A stretch of DNA of 64,000 bases from assembly GCA_046290225.1 (NCBI GenBank), contig JBKAGE010000034.1, forward strand, positions 343,598 to 407,597, written 5' to 3'. This document shows, piece after piece, positions 9,446 through 17,807 of this stretch (the first letter of the stretch is position 1; each line of letters starts with the position of its first letter). The translations under genes were made by a program, and so were the position numbers. Source of the DNA: Bradymonadia bacterium (GTDB lineage Bacteria; Myxococcota_A; Bradymonadia; UBA7976; UBA1532). The notes under the pieces were generated by a model. That model did not search any database. It saw only the letters and a list, made by a program, of their open reading frames with translations, and was not told where the DNA came from.

Positions 9446-10618
9446 ATGCACGTGAATCAGCCGAAGACCCGCAAGTTCCTGGGCCTCAAGCTCGCCAGCG
9501 CCACCGTGGCCGCCGGCGTGTTGCTGGCCTGCTCTGCCCCGCCGAAGACCAAGGCCATCCTCGACTACGAGGCCATGCGTCAGGCCGAAGAGGCCAAGAT
9601 CATCCAGGAGCGGTTTCCCGAGCTCTTCAAGAAGAGCGAGGCCAACTACCGCGAGGGGCTGGAGTACCACAACGACGGCGATGATGTTGAAGCCCTGCAC
9701 TTCACCCGCATGGCCACCATCATCTGGCGCACCGCCGCGGCCCAGAACAAGATCCGCGAGGCCGACAACTCCATCGCCGCCGGGCAGAACCGCATCCGCA
9801 ACGCCCAGGAGTCCATCGAGGTGGCCACCGCCCGCCGCGACACCGCCCAGGTGGCTGTGAACCGCATGGAGCGGTTGCAGAAGATGGAGCAGGAGATGCG
9901 GGCCCAGCAGGCGGCCCTGGAGAAGCAGGCCAAGGCCAAGAAGGCCACCGAGAAGATCAACGGTGTGCTGGTGAAGCTCAAAGAGGTGGAGGCCATGGAC
10001 GCTGAGCGTCACGCCCCCGGCGAGCTGAACCGCGCCCGGGCCAGCTTCCAGAACGCCCGCGAGGCCCTCGTGGCCAACAAGTTCCAGGAGGCCGAGGGCC
10101 TCGCCGATCTGGCCATGAAGGATGTGCTGGCCACCATGGCCGTGGCCAAGCCCAAATACGACGTGGAGCAGAAGGCCCGGGCCATCGAGGCCCGCCTGAA
10201 GGCCGTCGCCGAGTCTTCCTCCAGCGTGCCCACGGCCACCGCCCGCATCGCCAAGCGCGGCGTCGAGATCACCGTGCTCGAGGGTGAGCTCTTCAAGCGC
10301 AAGAAGACCAAGCTGCTGTCGGACGGCAAGGCCGTGCTCGGCCAAGCGGTGAAGCTCGCTCAGTCCTTCCCCGAGTTCAAGCTGCTCATCGAGGCCCACA
10401 CCGACAACCGTGGCCGCGCCCGGACCAACCTCAACATCACCACCAGCCAGTCTCAGGCTGTGATGAACCACCTCATCGAGGGTGGCATCTCCCCCGATCG
10501 CATCACCTCGATCGGTCAGGGCGAAGAGGTGCCGATCCAGGAGAACTCCACCCGCGACGGCCGATCTCAGAACCGCCGCGTGAACATCGTCTTCCTGCGC
10601 CCCTCCGCCTCGAACTGA
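9446..10618 (+). CDS. OmpA-family lipoprotein (coiled-coil N-region, C-terminal OmpA-like peptidoglycan-binding domain)
   Basis: lipobox LLACS; C-terminal OmpA_C motifs (LLIEAHTDNRG...NRRVNIVF); start is 2 nt after the upstream stop. Confidence 0.8.
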   Translation: MHVNQPKTRKFLGLKLASATVAAGVLLACSAPPKTKAILDYEAMRQAEEAKIIQERFPELFKKSEANYREGLEYHNDGDDVEALHFTRMATIIWRTAAAQNKIREADNSIAAGQNRIRNAQESIEVATARRDTAQVAVNRMERLQKMEQEMRAQQAALEKQAKAKKATEKINGVLVKLKEVEAMDAERHAPGELNRARASFQNAREALVANKFQEAEGLADLAMKDVLATMAVAKPKYDVEQKARAIEARLKAVAESSSSVPTATARIAKRGVEITVLEGELFKRKKTKLLSDGKAVLGQAVKLAQSFPEFKLLIEAHTDNRGRARTNLNITTSQSQAVMNHLIEGGISPDRITSIGQGEEVPIQENSTRDGRSQNRRVNIVFLRPSASN

Positions 10619-10832
10619 CCCCCTGCTCGGGGCAGCATCTCGCCCCTCGGCACGCCATTTCACCGTCCAGGTGTCCCCCCCTCTGCTGCGTGCAGCAGAT
10701 TGCACCTTCGTGCAGACAATCACTGTGTCATACACGAGAGTGAGGGGCCCCTCGTCGAGGGGCATCCCATCTTCGATGGGGGGCCGTGTCTTTACCCCCT
10801 CATCGACACGCTGATGCGGTAGAGTAGGCCTG

Positions 10833-12743
10833 ATGATCCCCGCCCGCCTCGGACGATATGCACTCGGTGATGAAGTCGGTCGCGGCGGCATGTCCGTCGT
10901 GTATCGCGGTCATGATCCCGTGCTCGACCGCATCGTGGCCCTCAAGGTGCTCCACCCCCACCTCACGGGTAGAGAAGAGTCCCGGGCGCGGTTCTCGCGA
11001 GAGGCCCGGGCCGCAGCCCGCCTCGAGCATCCGCACATCGTGGCGATCCATGACTTCGCCGATGCCGCTGAAGATCAGGCCTACATCGTCACCGAGTTCA
11101 TCGATGGCCCCACGCTGAGGGCCTTCATCGAAGCGCACCCGATCACCCGCCCCGAGGTGGCCGCCCTCGTGATGTTGCCCCTCTTCGAGGCGCTGGCCCA
11201 TGCCCACGAGCATGGGGTGATCCATCGCGACGTAAAGCCCGAGAACATCATGTTCCGCCCTGACGGTGGCCCGGTGCTCATGGACTTCGGGATCGCCCAG
11301 ATCGTCGACATGGAGACCCTCACCAGCACCGGCACCATCCTCGGCTCTCCGGCCCACATGGCCCCGGAGATCGTCGACGGCCAGCCTGCGGTGGAGCCCG
11401 CGGACATCTTCAGCGCCGGGACGGTGCTCTACTGGTTGGTGTGTGGCGCTTTGCCCTTTTCCGGCCCCACCCCGGCAGCGCTCTTTCGGCGCATCCTCGA
11501 GGTCCGCTTCGATCCCGTGCTTCAACGCAGGCCTCACGCCGGCCGTGCCCTGGCCCGGCTCGTGGAGCAGTGTCTCGCCCGAGAGCCCACAGATCGGCCC
11601 AGCAGTGCCGCTGAGGTGGCCCGCACGCTCAAGGGTCTGCTCGAAGAGGCAGGCCTCGTCGACCCCTCTCAGGAACTCTCGGACTTCTTCACTGATCCAG
11701 AAGTGTACCAGGAGCGCCTCGGGCATCGGGTACTGCCGGTGTACCTCACCGCTGCTCAGGATGCCTGGTCGATCAAGCAGATCCCTCGGGCCCTCGATCT
11801 GCTCGATCGCGTGCTGGCCATTGACGAGGACCATCCCGAGGCTCAAGCCCTGCTCGCCCGCATCGAGCGCGGTCAGCGCAGCGGCACCATCATCCGCATT
11901 GCGCTGGCGGCCTCGCTCTTTCTGGGGCTGGGCGCTGGCGTGTGGGCCCTCACCCTCGATGAAAGTGGGCTCGGAACACCTGACGCCGGCATCACCGCAA
12001 TCACCACGGCTCAGCGTGACGCCGTCGTCGCCGTGGCGGATGCGACGCTGGATGCCAGGGTGCCCGACGCGGTGGTACCAGACGCCGAGATCCCTGATGC
12101 CAGAATCCCTGATGCCAGAGTCCCTGATGCGGCGCCCGACGCTCGGACGCCAGACGCCACGACGACAGTGTCCACCATGGCCAGGCGCCGTCGGCGACCC
12201 TCACGGCGCGCTGACGCAAGCGTAGCCGCCAGGTTGCCCGCTGACGCCAGCGTGCCCGTGGCGAAGATCCCCGTGGAGTTCCGGGTGGGGCGCTGGCAGG
12301 GGGCCGCCATCAAGGTCGATGGTGATCTCAAAGGCTTCGGCGGCACACTCATGGGCCGACAGGCCCGTGGCAACCCGCTCACCTTGCCCCCAGGTCGCCA
12401 CCTCGTAGAGATCACAGTGCCCGGCTGTGTGCCCTTCAAGAAGACATACACGCTCCGGAGTGGACAGCCCCGCCTGCTTGTGCCCTACAACTGCACGCTG
12501 CGGCCAGCGACCCTTGTAGTGAAGACTGCCAACCAGGCAGAGCGGCTGCCTGTGCTGGCGAGCAACCGCAGCGGCACCTACCGTGGCCTGACCAATGTGC
12601 CCTTCGCCATCAAGATGAGCGATCCCGAGACCAGCACTCGTGTCTCCGTACAGCACAAAGATCGGCAGCTGTGGTCCAACATCGTGAAACTCAGAGCCGG
12701 TGGTCAGAAGTCGGTGGATTATCCCTCAGGGGGTCAGCCTTGA
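10833..12743 (+). CDS. serine/threonine protein kinase with TM segment and tandem xPDA repeats
   Basis: GRGGMSVVYRG, ALKVLHP, HRDVKPENIMF, DFGIAQ, APE; TM helix IIRIALAASLFLGLGAGVWAL; repeats DARVPDAVVPDAEIPDARIPDARVPDAAPDARTPDA. Confidence 0.85.
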   Translation: MIPARLGRYALGDEVGRGGMSVVYRGHDPVLDRIVALKVLHPHLTGREESRARFSREARAAARLEHPHIVAIHDFADAAEDQAYIVTEFIDGPTLRAFIEAHPITRPEVAALVMLPLFEALAHAHEHGVIHRDVKPENIMFRPDGGPVLMDFGIAQIVDMETLTSTGTILGSPAHMAPEIVDGQPAVEPADIFSAGTVLYWLVCGALPFSGPTPAALFRRILEVRFDPVLQRRPHAGRALARLVEQCLAREPTDRPSSAAEVARTLKGLLEEAGLVDPSQELSDFFTDPEVYQERLGHRVLPVYLTAAQDAWSIKQIPRALDLLDRVLAIDEDHPEAQALLARIERGQRSGTIIRIALAASLFLGLGAGVWALTLDESGLGTPDAGITAITTAQRDAVVAVADATLDARVPDAVVPDAEIPDARIPDARVPDAAPDARTPDATTTVSTMARRRRRPSRRADASVAARLPADASVPVAKIPVEFRVGRWQGAAIKVDGDLKGFGGTLMGRQARGNPLTLPPGRHLVEITVPGCVPFKKTYTLRSGQPRLLVPYNCTLRPATLVVKTANQAERLPVLASNRSGTYRGLTNVPFAIKMSDPETSTRVSVQHKDRQLWSNIVKLRAGGQKSVDYPSGGQP

Positions 12744-13597
12744 AGCGTGCTCTGCTCACCAGTCTCGCCCTCTGTGCCTGCGCAGGTGCTGCTCAGGCTC
12801 AAGGGCAGCCTGCTGCTGCGGCGGAAGCACCCTTCGACGCCGAGCGCGCTCTGGAGCGCGCCAACCGCGCGTACACCTTCGGGGACTACCAGACCGCCGT
12901 AAACGAGCTCACTCCCGCTGTGGAGCCCAAGATGCGGCTGGTGGGCATCGGAGAGCAGGCTCGGGCCTTCGAGCTCCTTGGGCTGAGCCACTGGTACCTC
13001 GGCCAGACCAGCCTCGCCCAGCGCTACTTCCGGCGCATGATCCTGCTCAACCCTGACAAGGCCCTCGATCCACGGCTGGTGCCACCGCCCATCATCGAGT
13101 TCTACGACGGCTTGCGGGCTGATCTCGCCGACGACATCAAGCGCTCCGAGGCAGAGCTGCGCAAACGCATCGAGGAAGAAGAGCGCCAACGCCAGGAGCG
13201 CAACGCTTTGATCCGCGAGGTGACCATCGAGAAGCGCGAGCGGCTCGTGGCGCTCCTGCCCTTTGGTGCTGGCCAGTTTCAGAACGGGGATCACAAACTC
13301 GGCTGGTTCTTCATGATCTCGGAGGGGGCCGCGGCGATGACCTCGCTGGCCTGCTTCCTCGCCATCGAGAGCCTGCGGCAGGACAATACCCGCTTTCGCC
13401 AGGACGAGACGGATCTCGCCCAGAACCTTCAGACCGTTCAGCTGACCTCGGCCTATCTGGCCATCGGCCTGGGGCTGGTGGGCATCATCGAGGCCCAGGT
13501 CAGCTTCACAGAGCAAGTCGAGACCGACCGCGGCTTCCTCCGCCCTGGCGGGCCGGACGGCTCCCCTGCTGGAGCCACGTTCATCTGGCGCTGGTAA
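12740..13597 (+). CDS. TPR-like repeat protein with signal peptide and a C-terminal membrane segment
   Basis: TTG start overlapping the kinase stop (TTGA); signal/lipobox-like LLTSLALCACAGAAQA; TPR-like helices; coiled-coil (EEEERQRQER); hydrophobic C-terminus. Confidence 0.55.
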   Translation: MKRALLTSLALCACAGAAQAQGQPAAAAEAPFDAERALERANRAYTFGDYQTAVNELTPAVEPKMRLVGIGEQARAFELLGLSHWYLGQTSLAQRYFRRMILLNPDKALDPRLVPPPIIEFYDGLRADLADDIKRSEAELRKRIEEEERQRQERNALIREVTIEKRERLVALLPFGAGQFQNGDHKLGWFFMISEGAAAMTSLACFLAIESLRQDNTRFRQDETDLAQNLQTVQLTSAYLAIGLGLVGIIEAQVSFTEQVETDRGFLRPGGPDGSPAGATFIWRW

Positions 13598-13645
13598 GCT
13601 GACCAGGCCATCGAGCAGCAGAAACATCGAGTAGAAAGAGAGGAC

Positions 13646-15430
13646 ATGCCCAGTCTGGTGCAACACGGCCGCAGCGCCCCCTCCCCGTTGGTGAGGCGGC
13701 TGACCTCCATTGGCTCTGATCCCGAGAACGACATCGTCGTCGATGCAGACGGCGTACTCAGCACCCACGCTCACGTGAAGCTCGAGAGCGGCCGCTTCCT
13801 GCTGGTGGCTCTGCATCGCAGCGCCCCGGTGATGGTGAATGGTCGCAAGATCAAGAAGCACGTGCTCGAGCATGGTGACGAGATCGCCATCGGCGCCGCG
13901 GGTCTGCGTTTCAACCTCTGGGACGAGCCCGGGACGCAGGAGCGGGATCAGGACGAGGGCCCCGGCGGAGACGTCATGGGGGCCTACAAACGGCTGGTGA
14001 TGTTCTCCACCACACTGGCCGAGCGCCTCGACGTGCCCACTCTGCTCGAAGCCCTCATGGACGAGATCATCGCCCTCACCGGGGCCGACAAGGGCTTCTT
14101 GCTGCTCATGGAAGAGGCACCGAAGGTGGTGACCGCCCGCAACCTCAAGCGGGAGAACGTCGCCGCCACCCTCAACCAGCTCTCGGACAGCATCATCAGG
14201 CGGGTCATCGAGGGTCGACAGCCCATCATCGTGAGCGATGCCCTCCACGACACCGAGTTCAAGAGCAGCGTCTCCGTGGTGCAGCTCAGGCTGTGCTCCG
14301 TGATGTGCGTGCCTCTGGTGTTCAGAGGTCAACTGCTCGGACTCATCTACGTGGGCAACGACAATGTGGTGAATCTATTCGACGAGCACTCTCTCGAGCA
14401 GCTCACGGTCTTCGCCACGCAGGCTGCGCTCCTGCTCGATCACGCCATTCAGCGCGACGCCCTTCAGCGGGACAACAAGGCGCTGCGCACAGCGCTCGAG
14501 GGCAGCCGCTTCGGATCCATCATCGGCGCCTGTGATCCGATGCGCGGTGTGTTCCGCACCTTGGAGAAGGTCGCAGTCACTGACATCAACGTGCTCGTGC
14601 TCGGTGAAACAGGCACCGGTAAAGAGCTCATCGCCCGGGAGCTGCACCGTCGCTCCGCCCGCAAGGATGGCCCTTTCGTGGCAGTGAACTGCGGAGCGCT
14701 GCCTGCGGATCTCATGGAATCCGAGCTCTTCGGCCACCGCCGCGGGGCCTTCACCGGCGCAGTGGAGGACAAAAAGGGCCGATTCCAGGCGGCACACAAG
14801 GGCACACTGTTCCTCGACGAGATCGGCGAGATGCCTGCAGCGTTGCAGGTGAAGTTGCTCCGAGCGATCCAGGATCGGACGGTGACCCGAGTGGGCGACA
14901 ACCGCCCTCAGCCGGTGGACATCCGCCTGGTGGCGGCGACCCACGTCGACCTGCAGGAGGCGATCAGAGAAGGTCGGTTCCGCGAGGATCTCTACTACCG
15001 CCTGAACGTGGTGAGCATCACGCTCCCGGCCCTGCGGGAGCGTGACGAAGATGTGGTGCTCATCGCCCGCTACCTGTTGGAGCGGTACGCCAAGGAATAC
15101 GATCGCAAGCTCAAGGGCTTCACCTCCGATGCCCTCATCGCCATGCGCAAGCACGCCTGGCCCGGCAACATCCGGGAGTTGGAGAACCGCCTGAAGAAGG
15201 CGGTGGTCCTCGCCGAGGGCACTCAGCTGGGCCCAGATGATCTCGATTTGGGCGAAGAGGCCCTTGCAGATCGCATCCTGCCCCTCGCTGAAGCCAAAGA
15301 GGCGTTTCAGCGCCGCTACATCGACCAGGTGCTGGCCCTGAACAACCACAACCGCACCAAGACCGCCCGCGATCTGGGCGTCGATCCCCGGACCATCTTC
15401 CGCCACCTGGAGAAGACCCGCGGCGAGTGA
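13646..15430 (+). CDS. sigma54-dependent transcriptional activator with N-terminal FHA domain, GAF domain, AAA+ domain and C-terminal HTH
   Basis: FHA-like N-terminus (RLTSIGSDPENDIVVD...HAHVKLESGRF); Walker A GETGTGKE; GAFTGA signature (HRRGAFTGA); Fis-type HTH at the C-terminus. Confidence 0.9.
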   Translation: MPSLVQHGRSAPSPLVRRLTSIGSDPENDIVVDADGVLSTHAHVKLESGRFLLVALHRSAPVMVNGRKIKKHVLEHGDEIAIGAAGLRFNLWDEPGTQERDQDEGPGGDVMGAYKRLVMFSTTLAERLDVPTLLEALMDEIIALTGADKGFLLLMEEAPKVVTARNLKRENVAATLNQLSDSIIRRVIEGRQPIIVSDALHDTEFKSSVSVVQLRLCSVMCVPLVFRGQLLGLIYVGNDNVVNLFDEHSLEQLTVFATQAALLLDHAIQRDALQRDNKALRTALEGSRFGSIIGACDPMRGVFRTLEKVAVTDINVLVLGETGTGKELIARELHRRSARKDGPFVAVNCGALPADLMESELFGHRRGAFTGAVEDKKGRFQAAHKGTLFLDEIGEMPAALQVKLLRAIQDRTVTRVGDNRPQPVDIRLVAATHVDLQEAIREGRFREDLYYRLNVVSITLPALRERDEDVVLIARYLLERYAKEYDRKLKGFTSDALIAMRKHAWPGNIRELENRLKKAVVLAEGTQLGPDDLDLGEEALADRILPLAEAKEAFQRRYIDQVLALNNHNRTKTARDLGVDPRTIFRHLEKTRGE

Positions 15431-15610
15431 GGGGCACACATCTCGGGCTCCGTAGGGAAAACGCCCCTCATATGGGCCCAAACATTGCTCGAAACTCGCA
15501 CGATTTGCTACAACGCCCCGGTCGACCCCAAATTGCCTATTGGTGACCGACATTCGGGCCATTCAGATGGCCTGCCCCCAGTATAGATTTCCGGAAGCGA
15601 GGAGAAGCAC

Positions 15611-16798
15611 ATGGGGAACATCAAAGACTGGATGGTGGTGGCCCTGGCCGCCGGTGCCCTGACCCTGACCGCGGGCTGTGACGACGACAGCACCAGCGAC
15701 GACGGCGCCGGTGGCGCCGGTGCCGCAGCTGGCGCAGGTGCTGCTGGCGGTGGCGCTGCTGGCGCCGGCGGTGGCGTCGGTGGTGCAGGTGGTGGTGCTG
15801 CTGGCGCCGGCGGTGGCGCAGCTGGTGCTGGCGGTATGGCCGGCGGTGGCGGCATGGGTGGTGAGGGCGGCATGGCCGGTATGCCCGGCGGTGCTGGCGG
15901 CGAAGGCGGCATGGGCGGCGATCCCGGCCCCGTCGACAAGTGCGAGGACGGCGCGGGCGACATGACCGCTCTGGGCGCCATCAACGAGTTCGGCCCCAGC
16001 AGCCGCCTCGTGGGTCTCGCCATCCCCGAGAGCGCCGAGGCCGCCACTGAGGCCAACTGTGGTCTCGTGGGCCCCTCCAACGGCTCGGGCCTCTCGGCTC
16101 TGCTCGACCTCGTGGGCGGCGAAGGCCTCGACGAGTTCGTGCAGCCCGACGAGAACGGCGACATCAGCCTCCTGATCTTCTCCCAGTTCGCTGGCATGGC
16201 CGAGGGTGACACCATCCCCGGCACCGACACTGCCGACATCAACCTGTACGTCGGTGTGCAGGCCGAGGATGGCTTCCGCTACGCCAAGTCCTCCTTCGTG
16301 GATTCGGATCCCGCCAACGGGCCCCTGATCTCCTTCGACGGCGCCAACATCTGCGACAACGGCTACCTCGAGGCCGGCCCCTCGGTCTTCACCGTGGACC
16401 TGCCCCTCGTGGAAGGTCTGCCCCTGGCCATCAGCCTGGAGCAGGCTGCCCTCCGCGGCTTCACCGCCGTGAACGGCTCCGGCCTCGACTTCAACGACGG
16501 CGTGATCGCAGGCTACCTGACCCGCGACACCCTGCTCGCCCTGGTGAACGGCATCATCACCGCCTGCGCCGCTGACGAGCCCCCCTCCCTCTGCGACACC
16601 GTCGGGCCCCTGCTCGGCAACGATCCCGAGGCAGGCCTCGACCTGCTCCTGAGCTTCATCGGCGACTTCGAGGCCGCCGTCGAGGGCAACGGCAACGTGC
16701 GCGACTGCGACGCTGGTGTGCCCGACGACTGCAACGCCATTGGCGTGTGTCTCCAGGTGGAGATGGCCGCCGAGACCGTGGTCGGCATCGAAGACTGA
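15611..16798 (+). CDS. Gly/Ala-rich lipoprotein, function unknown
   Basis: signal peptide with lipobox LTLTAGC; roughly 80-aa G/A low-complexity linker followed by a Cys-containing, Asp-rich globular part. Confidence 0.65.
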   Translation: MGNIKDWMVVALAAGALTLTAGCDDDSTSDDGAGGAGAAAGAGAAGGGAAGAGGGVGGAGGGAAGAGGGAAGAGGMAGGGGMGGEGGMAGMPGGAGGEGGMGGDPGPVDKCEDGAGDMTALGAINEFGPSSRLVGLAIPESAEAATEANCGLVGPSNGSGLSALLDLVGGEGLDEFVQPDENGDISLLIFSQFAGMAEGDTIPGTDTADINLYVGVQAEDGFRYAKSSFVDSDPANGPLISFDGANICDNGYLEAGPSVFTVDLPLVEGLPLAISLEQAALRGFTAVNGSGLDFNDGVIAGYLTRDTLLALVNGIITACAADEPPSLCDTVGPLLGNDPEAGLDLLLSFIGDFEAAVEGNGNVRDCDAGVPDDCNAIGVCLQVEMAAETVVGIED

Positions 16799-16800
16799 TC

Positions 16801-16864
16801 TTTGCTCCGACGCTCCGGCGGCGCCAGCCGCCTTTGCTCCGACGCTCCGGCGGCACCAGCCGCC
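16801..16864. repeat. tandem direct repeat, 2 x 32 bp (tttgctccgacgctccggcggcRccagccgcc)
   Basis: two adjacent copies with a single mismatch, immediately after the lipoprotein stop codon. Confidence 0.9.
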
Positions 16865-17040
16865 GTGAGCGCGGCGATTCCGCGCACAGCTGCGACCTTT
16901 CCGTCCTCGGGGTAGCGCTGCTACCCCTGCGGGTGAAAGCTCGCATCTGCACACGAACTCCCCACCCTCACGACGACTGTCGCCACCTCCGCGTCTCCGC
17001 GGGGCACGTGCATGACTGGCTCTGATTTCGTTGGGGGCAC

Positions 17041-17768
17041 CAGATGAAGCAGTGGGCAGTCGCGGAGGCTGCGCTGAGCCTTTGTAGGCAGTCATCGCTT
17101 CGCTCTGCCTGCGTAGGCGCCGAGCCTTCGGCACATCTTCGATGCGCCTCGTCTGGCGCGTACACGTTCGGGCATCCGCTTCGCGGACACCCTTCCGGGT
17201 AGGCAGGGTCGCTCAGGGCTTCGCCCTTCTTGCTCGCTCCCCTGCGTAAAGAGCTTCTTCTGTATCTTGTTGCTGATGTCTGCCGGGACTCGACCTACCG
17301 CGAACCTACAAGCCTCTGAGTGTGAATGCTCGGCGAAAGCCCCAACAGCGCCAGAATCAGTGCTAGAGCGCCATAAACAAATAAACTGTTAGGGAGCGCG
17401 CAGGATGGTGTTTTGAGATGGGCTTCGGTGGGCGCAGGCGATGCCGGCTAAAGCCTTTAAAGCATCGTCGAGTACCAGCGAAGCTCATATCGGAGCACCA
17501 GACAAGCGTTCGCAGCAGGTATTTGTTTATGGTGCTCTAAGTCACACCAGAACTGACTTTTTACGCAGGGGAGCGAGCAAACAATGCGTCAGCATTGAGC
17601 GACCTCTGCCTACCCGGAGGCCTGCTCGCCTCAGCGAGCGTGCCGACGTGTACGCAGCTCCAAGGCGGGCCGAAGGCCGGCCGTCGGCAGCTGCCTACGC
17701 AGGCAGAGCGAAGCGATGACTGCCTACAAAGGCTCAACGCAGACTCTGCGACTGCCCATTCAACTGTG
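17041..17768. repeat. long imperfect palindrome (inverted repeat arms of roughly 350 bp, about 85-90% identity) with an AT-rich centre; MITE-like or hairpin element
   Basis: 17041-17118 is the reverse complement of 17694-17768 (for example ctttgtaggcagtcatcgcttcgctctgcctgcgtagg versus cctacgcaggcagagcgaagcgatgactgcctacaaag); nested matches gctcgctcccctgcgtaaa/tttacgcaggggagcgagc and cgccataaacaaata/tatttgtttatggtg; centre near 17440 is GC-poor. Confidence 0.8.
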
Positions 17769-17807
17769 TATCAGCGTTGAGTCCGTAACGCCCAAAGCCC
17801 GTCGGCA

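Noticed and set aside
9305-10891. 528-aa minus-strand ORF
   Set aside because: Antisense to the OmpA-family gene; no motifs; Gly/Ala/Leu-rich.
12734-15562. Minus-strand ORFs 12734..14332 and 14375..15562
   Set aside because: Antisense to the TPR protein and the sigma54 activator, whose GAFTGA and Walker motifs are unambiguous.
15563-17134. 523-aa minus-strand ORF
   Set aside because: Antisense to the Gly/Ala-rich lipoprotein; it extends through the tandem repeat and one palindrome arm; low complexity.
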